Shown here: piece after piece, positions 1-11,499 of the stretch
Layout: each line of letters starts with the position of its first letter
How positions within the stretch are numbered: the stretch's first letter is position 1
Origin: Balanoglossus misakiensis
Lineage: Eukaryota > Animalia > Hemichordata
Reading direction: 5' to 3'
DNA: 64,000 nt
NCBI GenBank assembly: GCA_040954595.2
Contig: CM082596.2
Location: forward strand, 3,403,025-3,467,024
Position numbers and translations under genes: made by a program
The notes under the pieces: generated by a model
Told to the model about the DNA's origin: nothing
The model's database searches: none
What the model saw: the letters and a program-made list of their open reading frames with translations, nothing else

Positions 1-3000
1 TTTCAAAATTTGGTGATTTTTTGATAAAAATCATGGGTTATAGCTCATGAAAATCGTCCAGAAACCTCAATTTTTCGACTTCGCGAATTTTCAAAATTTG
101 GTGATTTTTTGATAAAAACCATGGGTTATAGCCCATGAAAATCGTCCAGAAACCTCAATTTTTCGACTTCGCGAATTTTTAAAATTTGGTGATTTTTTGA
201 TAATCGTCCAGAAACCTCAATTTTTCGACTTCGCGAATTTTCAAAATCTGGTCATTTTTTGATAAAAACCATGGGTTATAGCCCATGAAAATCGTCCAGA
301 AAACTCAATTTTTCGAATTCGAGAATTTTCAAAATTTGGTGATTTTTTGATAAAAACCATGGGTTATAGCCCATGAAAATCGTCCAGAAACCTCAATTTT
401 TCGACTTCGCGAATTTTTAAAATTTGGTGATTTTTTGATAAAAACCATGGGTTATAGCCCATGAAAATCGTCCAGAAACCTCAATTTTTCGACTTCGCGA
501 ATTTTCAAAATTTGGTGATTTTTTGATAAAAACCATGGGTTATAGCCCATGAAAATCGTCCAGAAACCTCAATTTTTCGACTTCGCGATTTTTAAAATTT
601 GGTGATTTTTTGATAAAAATCATGGGTTATAGCTCATGAAAATCGTCCACAAACCTCAATTTTTCGACTTCGCGAATTTTCAAAATTTGGTGATTTTTTG
701 ATAAAAATCATGGGTTATAGCTCATGAAAATCGTCCAGAAACCTCAATTTTTCGACTTCGGAATTTTCAAAATTTGGTGATTTTTTGATAAAAATCATGG
801 GTTATAGCTCATGAAAATCGTCCAGAAACCTCAATTTTTCGACTTCGGAATTTTCAAAATTTGGTGATTTTTTGATAAAAATCATGGGTTATAGCTCATG
901 AAAATCGTCCAGAAACCTCAATTTTTCGACTTCGCGAATTTTTAAAATTTGGTGATTTTTTGATAAAAATCATGGGTTATAGCTCATGAAAATCGTCCAG
1001 AAACCTCAATTTTTCGACTTCGCGAATTTTCAAAATTTGGTGATTTTTTGATAAAAACCATGGGTTATAGCCCATGAAAATCGTCCAGAAACCTCAATTT
1101 TTCGACTTCGCGAATTTTTAAAATTTGGTGATTTTTTGATAAAAATCATGGGTTATAGCTCATGAAAATCGTCCAGAAACCTCAATTTTTCGACTTCGCG
1201 AATTTTCAAAATTTGGTGATTTTTTGATAAAAACCATGGGTTATAGCCCATGAAAATCGTCCAGAAACCTCAATTTTTCGACTTCGCGAATTTTCAAAAT
1301 TTGGTGATTTTTTGATAAAAATCATGGGTTATAGCTCATGAAAATCGTCCAGAAACCTCAATTTTTCGACTTCGCGAATTTTCAAAATTTGGTGATTTTT
1401 TGATAAAAATCATGGGTTATAGCTCATGAAAATCGTCCAGAAACCTCAATTTTTCGACTTCGCGAATTTTCAAAATTTGGTGATTTTTTGATAAAAATCA
1501 TGGGTTATAGCTCATGAAAATCGTCCAGAAACCTCAATTTTTCGACTTCGCGAATTTTTAAAATTTGGTGATTTTTTGATAAAAATCATGGGTTATAGCT
1601 CATGAAAATCGTCCAGAAACCTCAATTTTTCGACTTCGCGAATTTTCAAAATTTGGTGATTTTTTGATAAAAATCATGGGTTATAGCTCATGAAAATCGT
1701 CCAGAAACCTCAATTTTTCGACTTCGGAATTTTCAAAATTTGGTGATTTTTTGATAAAAATCATGGGTTATAGCTCATGAAAATCGTCCAGAAACCTCAA
1801 TTTTTCGACTTCGCGAATTTTTAAAATTTGGTGATTTTTTGATAAAAATCATGGGTTATAGCTCATGAAAATCGTCCAGAAACCTCAATTTTTCGACTTC
1901 GCGAATTTTTAAAATTTGGTGATTTTTTGATAAAAATCATGGGTTATAGCTCATGAAAATCGTCCAGAAACCTCAATTTTTCGACTTCGCGAATTTTTAA
2001 AATTTGGTGATTTTTTGATAAAAATCATGGGTTATAGCTCATGAAAATCGTCCAGAAACCTCAATTTTTCGACTTCGCGAATTTTCAAAATTTGGTGATT
2101 TTTTGATAAAAATCATGGGTTATAGCTCATGAAAATCGTCCAGAAACCTCAATTTTTCGACTTCGTGAATTTTTAAAATTTGGTGATTTTTTGATAAAAA
2201 TCATGGGTTATAGCTCATGAAAATCGTCCAGAAACCTCAATTTTTCGACTTCGCGAATTTTCAAAATTTGGTGATTTTTTGATAAAAATCATGGGTTATA
2301 GCTCATGAAAATCGTCCAGAAACCTCAATTTTTCTACTTCGCGAATTTTTAAAATTTGGTGATTTTTTGATAAAAATCATGGGTTATAGCTCATGAAAAT
2401 CGTCCAGAAACCTCAATTTTTCGACTTCGCGAATTTTCAAAATTTGGTGATTTTTTGATAAAAATCATGGGTTATAGCTCATGAAAATCGTCCAGAAACC
2501 TCAATTTTTCGACTTCGGAATTTTCAAAATTTGGTGATTTTTTGATAAAAATCATGGGTTATAGCTCATGAAAATCGTCCAGAAACCTCAATTTTTCGAC
2601 TTCGCGAATTTTCAAAATTTGGTGATTTTTTGATAAAAATCATGGGTTATAGCTCATGAAAATCGTCCAGAAACCTCAATTTTTCGACTTCGGAATTTTC
2701 AAAATTTGGTGATTTTTTGATAAAAATCATGGGTTATAGCTCATGAAAATCGTCCAGAAACCTCAATTTTTCGACTTCGCGAATTTTCAAAATTTGGTGA
2801 TTTTTTGATAAAAATCATGGGTTATAGCTCATGAAAATCGTCCAGAAACCTCAATTTTTCGACTTCGGAATTTTCAAAATTTGGTGATTTTTTGATAAAA
2901 ATAATGGGTTATAGCTCATGAAAATCGTCCAGAAACCTCAATTTTTCGACTTCGCGAATTTTCAAAATTTGGTGATTTTTTGATAAAAACCATGGGTTAT

Positions 3001-6000
3001 AGCCCATGAAAATCGTCCAGAAACCTCAATTTTTCGACTTCGCGAATTTTTAAAATTTGGTGATTTTTTGATAAAAATCATGGGTTATAGCTCATGAAAA
3101 TCGTCCAGAAACCTCAATTTTTCGAATTCGAGAATTTTCAAAATCTGGTCATTTTTTGATAAAAACCATGGGTTATAGCCCATGAAAATCGTCCAGAAAA
3201 CTCAATTTTTCGAATTCGAGAATTTTCAAAATTTGGTGATTTTTTGATAAAAACCATGGGTTATAGCCCATGAAAATCGTCCAGAAACCTCAATTTTTCG
3301 ACTTCGCGAATTTTTAAAATTTGTTGATTTTTTGATAAAAACCATGGGTTATAGCCCATGAAAATCGTCCAGAAACCTCAATTTTTCGACTTCGCGAATT
3401 TTCAAAATTTGGTGATTTTTTGATAAAAACCATGGGTTATAGCCCATGAAAATCGTCCAGAAACCTCAATTTTTCGACTTCGCGATTTTTAAAATTTGGT
3501 GATTTTTTGATAAAAATCATGGGTTATAGCTCATGAAAATCGTCCAGAAACCTCAATTTTTCGACTTCGCGAATTTTCAAAATTTGGTGATTTTTTGATA
3601 AAAATCATGGGTTATAGCTCATGAAAATCGTCCAGAAACCTCAATTTTTTGACTTCGGAATTTTCAAAATTTGGTGATTTTTTGATAAAAATCATGGGTT
3701 ATAGCTCATGAAAATCGTCCAGAAACCTCAATTTTTCGACTTCGCGAATTTTCAAAATTTTGTGATTTTTTGATAAAAATCATGGGTTATAGCTCATGAA
3801 AATCGTCCAGAAACCTCAATTTTTCGACTTCGGAATTTTCAAAATTTGGTGATTTTTTGATAAAAATCATGGGTTATAGCTCATGAAAATCGTCCAGAAA
3901 CCTCAATTTTTCGACTTCGCGAATTTTCAAAATTTGGTGATTTTTTGATAAAAACCATGGGTTATAGCCCATGAAAATCGTCCAGAAAACTCAATTTTTC
4001 GAATTCGAGAATTTTCAAAATTTGTTGATTTTTTGATAAAAACCATGGGTTATAGCCCATGAAAATCGTCCAGAAACCTCAATTTTTCGACTTCGCGAAT
4101 TTTTAAAATTTGTTGATTTTTTGATAAAAACCATGGGTTATAGCCCATGAAAATCGTCCAGAAACCTCAATTTTTCGACTTCGCGAATTTTTAAAATTTG
4201 TTGATTTTTTGATAAAAACCATGGGTTATAGCCCATGAAAATCGTCCAGAAACCTCAATTTTTCGACTTCGCGAATTTTCAAAATTTGGTGATTTTTTGA
4301 TAAAAACCATGGGTTATAGCCCATGAAAATCGTCCAGAAACCTCAATTTTTCGACTTCGCGAATTTTCAAAATTTGGTGATTTTTTGATAAAAACCATGG
4401 GTTATAGCCCATGAAAATCGTCCAGAAACCTCAATTTTTCGACTTCGCGAATTTTTAAAATTTGGTGATTTTTTGATAAAAATCATGGGTTATAGCTCAT
4501 GAAAATCGTCCAGAAACCTCAATTTTTCGACTTCGCGAATTTTCAAAATTTGGTGATTTTTTGATAAAAATCATGGGTTATAGCTCATGAAAATCGTCCA
4601 GAAACCTCAATTTTTCGACTTCGGAATTTTCAAAATTTGGTGATTTTTTGATAAAAATCATGGGTTATAGCTCATGAAAATCGTCCAGAAACCTCAATTT
4701 TTCGACTTCGCGAATTTTCAAAATTTGGTGATTTTTTGATAAAAATCATGGGTTATAGCTCATGAAAATCGTCCAGAAACCTCAATTTTTCGACTTCGGA
4801 ATTTTCAAAATTTGGTGATTTTTTGATAAAAATCATGGGTTATAGCTCATGAAAATCGTCCAGAAACCTCAATTTTTCGACTTCGCGAATTTTCAAAATT
4901 TGGTGATTTTTTGATAAAAATCATGGGTTATAGCTCATGAAAATCGTCCAGAAACCTCAATTTTTCGACTTCGCGAATTTTCAAAATTTGGTGATTTTTT
5001 GATAAAAATCATGGGTTATAGCTCATGAAAATCGTCCAGAAACCTCAATTTTTCGACTTCGGAATTTTCAAAATTTGGTGATTTTTTGATAAAAATCATG
5101 GGTTATAGCTCATGAAAATCGTCCAGAAACCTCAATTTTTCGACTTCGCGAATTTTCAAAATTTGGTGATTTTTTGATAAAAATCATGGGTTATAGCTCA
5201 TGAAAATCGTCCAGAAACCTCAATTTTTCGACCTCGCGAATTTTTGAAATTTGGTGATTTTTTGATAAAAATCATGGGTTATAGCTCATGAAAATCGTCC
5301 AGAAACCTCAATTTTTCGACTTCGCGAATTTTCAAAATTTGGTGATTTTTTGATAAAAATCATGGGTTATAGCTCATGAAAATCGTCCAGAAACCTCAAT
5401 TTTTCGACTTCGGAATTTTCAAAATTTGGTGATTTTTTGATAAAAATCATGGGTTATAGCTCATGAAAATCGTCCAGAAACATCAATTTTTCGACTTCGC
5501 GAATTTTCAAAATTTGGTGATTTTTTGATAAAAATCATGGGTTATAGCTCATGAAAATCGTCCAGAAACCTCAATTTTTCGACTTCGCGAATTTTCAAAA
5601 TTTGGTGATTTTTTGATAAAAATCATGGGTTATAGCTCATGAAAATCGTCCAGAAACCTCAATTTTTCGACTTCGCGAATTTTTAAAATTTGGTGATTTT
5701 TTGATAAAAATCATGGGTTATAGCTCATGAAAATCGTCCAGAAACCTCAATTTTTCGACTTCGCGAATTTTCAAAATCTGGTCATTTTTTGATAAAAACC
5801 ATGGGTTATAGCCCATGAAAATCGTCCAGAAACCTCAATTTTTCTACTTCGCGAATTCTTAAAATTTGGTGATTTTTTGATAAAAATCATGGGTTATAGC
5901 TCATGAAAATCGTCCAGAAACCTCAATTTTTCGACTTCGCGAATTTTCAAAATCTGGTCATTTTTTGATAAAAACCATGGGTTATAGCCCATGAAAATCG

Positions 6001-7694
6001 TCCAGAAAACTCAATTTTTCGAATTCGAGAATTTTCAAAATTTGGTGATTTTTTGATAAAAACCATGGGTTATAGCCCATGAAAATCGTCCAGAAACCTC
6101 AATTTTTCGACTTCGCGAATTTTTAAAATTTGGTGATTTTTTGATAAAAACCATGGGTTATAGCCCATGAAAATCGTCCAGAAACCTCAATTTTTCGACT
6201 TCGGAATTTTCAAAATTTGGTGATTTTTTGATAAAAATCATGGGTTATAGCTCATGAAAATCGTCCAGAAACCTCAATTTTTCGACTTCGCGAATTTTCA
6301 AAATTTGGTGATTTTTTGATAAAAATCATGGGTTATAGCTCATGAAAATCGTCCAGAAACCTCAATTTTTCTACTTCGCGAATTTTTAAAATTTGGTGAT
6401 TTTTTGATAAAAATCATGGGTTATAGCTCATGAAAATCGTCCAGAAACCTCAATTTTTCGACTTCGCGAATTTTCAAAATTTGGTGATTTTTTGATAAAA
6501 ATCATGGGTTATAGCTCATGAAAATCGTCCAGAAACCTCAATTTTTCGACTTCGCGAATTTTTAAAATTTGGTGATTTTTTGATAAAAATCATGGGTTAT
6601 AGCTCATGAAAATCGTCCAGAAACCTCAATTTTTCGACTTCGCGAATTTTCAAAATTTGGTGGTTTTGGGATAAAAACCATGGGTTATAGCTCATGAAAA
6701 TCGTCCAGAAACCTCAATTTTTCTACTTCGCGAATTTTTAAAATTTGGTGATTTTTTGATAAAAATCATGGGTTATAGCTCATGAAAATCGTCCAGAAAC
6801 CTCAATTTTTCGACTTCGCGAATTTTTAAAATTTGGTGATTTTTTGATAAAAATCATGGGTTATAGCTCATGAAAATCGTCCAGAAACCTCAATTTTTCG
6901 ACTTCGCGAATTTTCAAAATTTGGTGGTTTTGGGATAAAAACCATGGGTTATAGCTCATGAAAATCGTCCAGAAACCTCAATTTTTCTACTTCGCGAATT
7001 TTTAAAATTTGGTGATTTTTTGATAAAAATCATGGGTTATAGCTCATGAAAATCGTCCAGAAACCTCAATTTTTCGACTTCGCGAATTTTTAAAATTTGG
7101 TGATTTTTTGATAAAAATCATGGGTTATAGCTCATGAAAATCGTCCAGAAACCTCAATTTTTCGACTTCGCGAATTTTCAAAATTTGGTGGTTTTGGGAT
7201 AAAAACCATGGGTTATAGCTCATGAAAATCGTCCAGAAACCTCAATTTTTCTACTTCGCGAATTTTTAAAATTTGGTGATTTTTTGATAAAAACCATGGG
7301 TTATAGCTCATGAAAATCGTCCAAAAACCTCAATTTTTCGACTTCGCGAATTTTCAAAATTTGGTGGTTTTGGGATAAAAACCATGGGTTATAGCTCATG
7401 AAAATCGTCCAGAAACCTCAATTTTTCGACTTCGCGAATTTTCAAAATTTGGTGGTTTTGGGATAAAAACCATGGGTTATAGCTCATGAAAATCGTCCAG
7501 AAACCTCAATCTTTCGACTTCGCCAATTTTCAAATTTAGTGATTTTTCTGATAAAAACCATGGGTTATAGCTCATGAAAATCGTCCAGAAACCTCAATCT
7601 TTCGACTTCGCCAATTTTCAAAATTTTGTGATTTTTTGATAAAAACCATGGGTTATAGCTCATGAAAATCGTCCAGAAACCTCAATTTTTCGAC
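1..7694. repeat. Tandem satellite array, 88-bp monomer (86-bp variant), roughly 87 copies, runs off the left edge of the window
   Basis: Monomer TTTCAAAATTTGGTGATTTTTTGATAAAAATCATGGGTTATAGCTCATGAAAATCGTCCAGAAACCTCAATTTTTCGACTTCGCGAAT repeats head-to-tail (period 88 measured 4->92). Copies are near-identical, with recurrent diagnostic variants, and degrade over the last ~200 bp. Confidence 0.98.
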
Positions 7695-7791
7695 AAAATC
7701 ACCAAAGTTCGTCGAGAATTGCCAACTTAGAACTTGTACATATACATTACACCCTATGTGAAAGGTGTAAAAAAAAAGATGAGAAGACAGA

Positions 7792-7852
7792 GGCTGGTTT
7801 TGAACCCCAGTCCTCCAATCATTAGTCAAAAACCTTAGCCACTGACCCAGGG
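7792..7852 (-). mobile_element. Degenerate tRNA-derived (SINE-head-like) sequence
   Basis: Minus strand reads CCCTGGGTCAGTGGCTAAGGTTTTTGACTAATGATTGGAGGACTGGGGTTCAAAACCAGCC. It has an A-box-like TGGGTCAGTGG and a B-box GGTTCAAAACC at tRNA-like spacing, but the stems do not pair well enough for a functional tRNA. Confidence 0.45.
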
Positions 7853-7926
7853 TGATTGACAACATGTAAGACCCCAAAAGTATTATATGATGATCAAACT
7901 CGTGAAATTTAAAAAAAAATAAAATT

Positions 7927-7981
7927 GGCTCGGTCTCATTATAGTCAGTACTGTTAAAACTAACTATAATGAGACCCAGCC
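7927..7981. repeat. Inverted repeat / hairpin with a perfect 14-bp stem core
   Basis: GGCTC-GGTCTCATTATAGT ... ACTATAATGAGACC-CAGCC; GGTCTCATTATAGT is the exact reverse complement of ACTATAATGAGACC. Confidence 0.85.
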
Positions 7982-8902
7982 TAATGAAATCTTGAATGTT
8001 TTATGGAGAAAAGGGGACATATATCACATTGCAGTTACCCCTTTGTTACATAGCCTATTTGTTGATTGATCCCCCGAGACGGTAGCAGAGCTGTTCTGTA
8101 TGGGACAATTTTGGATCAGATTCACTCCATCTCTGACGTTTTTGTGTGTAATGTGAGATGACCTTGCAAATAAAATTTAACACAATCTTGTCAGATATTT
8201 TCCAAATTAACCATACTTTAATTCAAAGATCCATAACACCAACAACAGATATTATATGTATCCATGGGGTTATTGGGCATTTGGCCATGTCATAGGATGC
8301 AGAATAGAAATTGAAACACACGACAAAAATACGGCACTATCGTCAAAACTCAATTAAGTGATACAGCAACATGTATTCCTGTGACAATATTGAAAGTGGG
8401 CATTACAGACGGGGATAGAAATCTCTTTTCTGATATTACTTTCAGATAGTCACTTTCCACAGCCAAAGTCAGAGACAATGTCTATGTCTTACTCAATACA
8501 CATGTCAAAGATGTGAGTCAGAGTTTGATAGCTACAATACCTTCAAGTACACTTTGTGTTTTCTGTTGACATCTTCCAAAAGTACATTTCAAACAATTTC
8601 TTCCAAAAGCAGTTTTTTCTGAGCAACTCAAACAATTTTGTTTTTCAAAGCAACAATTTGAAAATTCAACCATAATAGACTGGTCTACCAAATAAATCAT
8701 ATTGCTTAAATGTTCACATAACTACATTGTACATGTACATGAGCATTATTTTAAAAAAAGATCGCAAATAATGAAAAAACTCCTTAAATATACATCAAAT
8801 GGTTTCATGGTTAAATTAATGCTAGCATATTTTAGGCTACTCTCTTTCAAATGAAAATTCAACTTAACTGGTCAGTTTCATTGGCTTGGAATAGACATTT
8901 TC

Positions 8903-10724
8903 CTATAATTCATCATGATCTGCATAATGAACAGTAATTTTCCACCAATCTCTGAGTTGCTGCACGCGACTCCAGTCTACCAAATACCACCACGAGCTGA
9001 TGTGGTCCTTTCTGATATTCTGGTATTTCAAATAATAAGCGTGCTCCCAGACATCAATAACTAGGATTGGATAAAGGCCCTCGGTTAACGGTGAATCCTG
9101 ATTGGCTGATGTGGTGATTACCAATTCCTCTCTGTCTGTGTGCAGTTTGAGACACAACCATACATATCCTGGAAGAGGAGACACAGGCAAGGGTGAATAA
9201 GAATGTTTGTGAGAGAGGGGGGAAGGGGAGAGAGAGAGAGAAAAAGGGAGAGGGACAGACAGATATAAAATTCAGTACGGTATAAGTACCCGGGTTCATT
9301 AAATGAATTAGGATTGTACAAAGGTACTGATGTTAAAGAGACAATGCATGCTTGTTGACAAGTTATGATCTTTCAAGATCGGTATTGAAAAAGGAAATTG
9401 CAAATACTACCATCATACATGTACATACCGGATCCAAACAAGACATTGGCTTGAGTTGAGAACGCCTCTTTGAATTTGGAAAAACTTCCAAAATCTCTCT
9501 GGATGAGTGAAAGCAGGCTACCTTCCGGGGTCCTGGTCTCACTTTGATGATTAGGAGACATTACAGACCAATACAAATTATGGTTGACATAACTGTGGAG
9601 AAAAGAAGAGAAGGTTGACTGGCACATGTATACAAAGTCCAAAAGTACCACAAAACTGATTGAACACTCCACGCTTGCCTGACTCTTTCTGACCACAAAA
9701 CTTTGCTTTCAATTTTGCGCAATTTGTTCAAATAAAAGAGAATCATGAATTACAAAAGCAAAATGTTCAGGGAAAATGTGTTGCCAAACATGACTTTAAT
9801 TATGTAGCTAATTTATACTTACCCACCAGCAAAGTTTCTCAGATAACTCCTGTGTATTTCTGATACTTTATTTAACTTTTGCAAAACAACGTAGATTGGT
9901 TCTGAAGCCAAGGCTTCCTGCCCCTGTGACTGTGTTTTAAATGAAAATATGCCTTTTATCTTTGTGGAAAAATTCTCATAATGCAACTTGCTATGGTAAG
10001 CTATTGGTACACACGTCAGAATAATATAGTAGGGACAGAGACCCATTGGCAACAATTAAAGAAATATACAGTCATCTATAGCCATGGTTACCATGGTATA
10101 CTGAAATTTTGCCTTTCATTTGGAAGATAGCAAAAATAGTCCCCACCATAAGATCATTAGAAAATTTAGACAATATGGTTATATCCATCAAAGAGTTGAT
10201 GCTAACGATGAATTGACATTGCATGGCTACATGGGTCGCCCGAAATCCGCAAGTGAAAATAAGAGATATCAAAACTGAAACCATGGATGATGGAGGTTCC
10301 ACAGAACTGAAACTGAAAGTTTATCATTCCTATATTTAGATCAAAGTTAGGCCAACGTGTAGGTTTCAGCCACAGAAAATGAACATCGTTTTAAAAGGAA
10401 TTTTGGCCTGCTTTACAATCTGCTCAAAGTTGACTAACTTGGAGTGGTCCGATTTATCTATATTCTAACCTTGGTCCGCCAGTTTTGCAAAGCTGCATTC
10501 ATCTTTTGCGCGTAGCCAGCATGATGTCCCAAGTGATGGATGCGAACGGTGGCTTCGTCAATGTGCGGCTCAAGATCGGAGTAGCCATACGGCAGTGTCG
10601 GTAGCTGGTAGATGTCTGCGTGATTTGCGATCACCTCGTATGGTAGTGGCGCATCGGCGATGCCCTGTGAAGGAAAAACAACGAACGCAGTAACCACTGC
10701 AACGAGAACCCGGAAGACATTCAT
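8903..10724 (-). CDS. Fe/Mn superoxide dismutase (Mn-type signature) with signal peptide and C-terminal HDEL; 4 exons, ~263 aa
   Basis: Exons 10724-10470, 9929(or 9923)-9823, 9592-9429 and 9168-8903, all GT-AG and phase-consistent (792 nt). Motifs: LPTLPYGYSDLEPHID, RIHHLGHHAGY, NFAGGYVNHNLYW, FGSF..FK..F, FGSGYVWL, NQD, DVWEHAYYLKYQN. All four metal ligands (H,H,D,H) are present. N-terminus MNVFRVLVAVVTAFVVFPSQG; C-terminus ...YADHDEL*. Confidence 0.95.
9212..9255. repeat. GA-rich microsatellite / polypurine tract in SOD intron 3
   Basis: AGAGAGGGGGGAAGGGGAGAGAGAGAGAGAAAAAGGGAGAGGG; this is a polypyrimidine tract on the coding strand, upstream of the exon-4 acceptor. Confidence 0.7.
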
Positions 10725-11499
10725 GTTGATCACTGGATGAAGATCAGGTGACTACGTACCCCGATCAGGTGACTACAACATGACCCTTATAAATGGGGTC
10801 AAAACCAGCCAATGGGGGATGACATAAAAGTTTCATTTCAAAAAGCGCCTAATATTAATTAAGACACTTTTATTTAAAAAAAAACACAGTATAAATACAT
10901 TGTGATAGAAACGAGCAGCCAACCATTGTTTGAACAAAATGACATAACAAATACAATGATAATATGTGTAATTTAATGATTCATAAAAAGGGGAAATAAT
11001 GGGCCAAATGTCAATTTGAGAATTATAAAATAGCCTACCAGTGTGCATCTGAATTGTATCTGGTTGTCGCTCCTTTTTTGCCACCATCAAGCTGCAGAGG
11101 GTTCAGTGTGACCTGAATTTATGAAAAGTTAGTCGGTTGACCTTGACACGTACCCTGCCTGAATAGGTTGTCACAGTGCAGTTGTCCCAGTTATGTACAT
11201 GTATTGAGGGATATTTCCATTCTGCAAAGAATAAAACCTATTAGCAAAATATCCAATTGTATAACCGATTGCATTCGGCTGTGATATATGTCAAGAGTTT
11301 TTAAGTGAGTTTTCAGTTTCTATTCTCAAACATGATCCATGTATGTTTGGCATGACCTAGTCAAAGATGAGAGTGACCCCACCTGAATGAGACACTGGAA
11401 GAACCCTATGCAACACAACAATGAAACTGGGTTAAAGTATAATTGATCCGCGGCATACAGCTGGTACGTGCACATCATAGTATAAGTGTCACGACTAGC
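10725..11499. promoter_or_regulatory. Divergent (head-to-head) intergenic/promoter region between the SOD and ACSM genes
   Basis: 775 bp separate the two ATGs. The region contains a duplicated GATCAGGTGACTAC (10742-10755, 10763-10776), TGACCC-N-GGGTCA flanking TATAAAT (10781-10801), and CCAAT at 10809. Confidence 0.6.

Noticed and set aside
1-7694. CRISPR-like array
   Set aside because: There are no unique spacers; whole monomers repeat, the context is eukaryotic, and there are no cas genes.
7792-7852. Functional tRNA gene (AAT-like loop)
   Set aside because: The acceptor and anticodon stems do not pair; kept only as a tRNA-derived remnant.
10725-10733. ORF-track start of SOD at 10733
   Set aside because: That codon is GTG; the first ATG in frame is at 10724.
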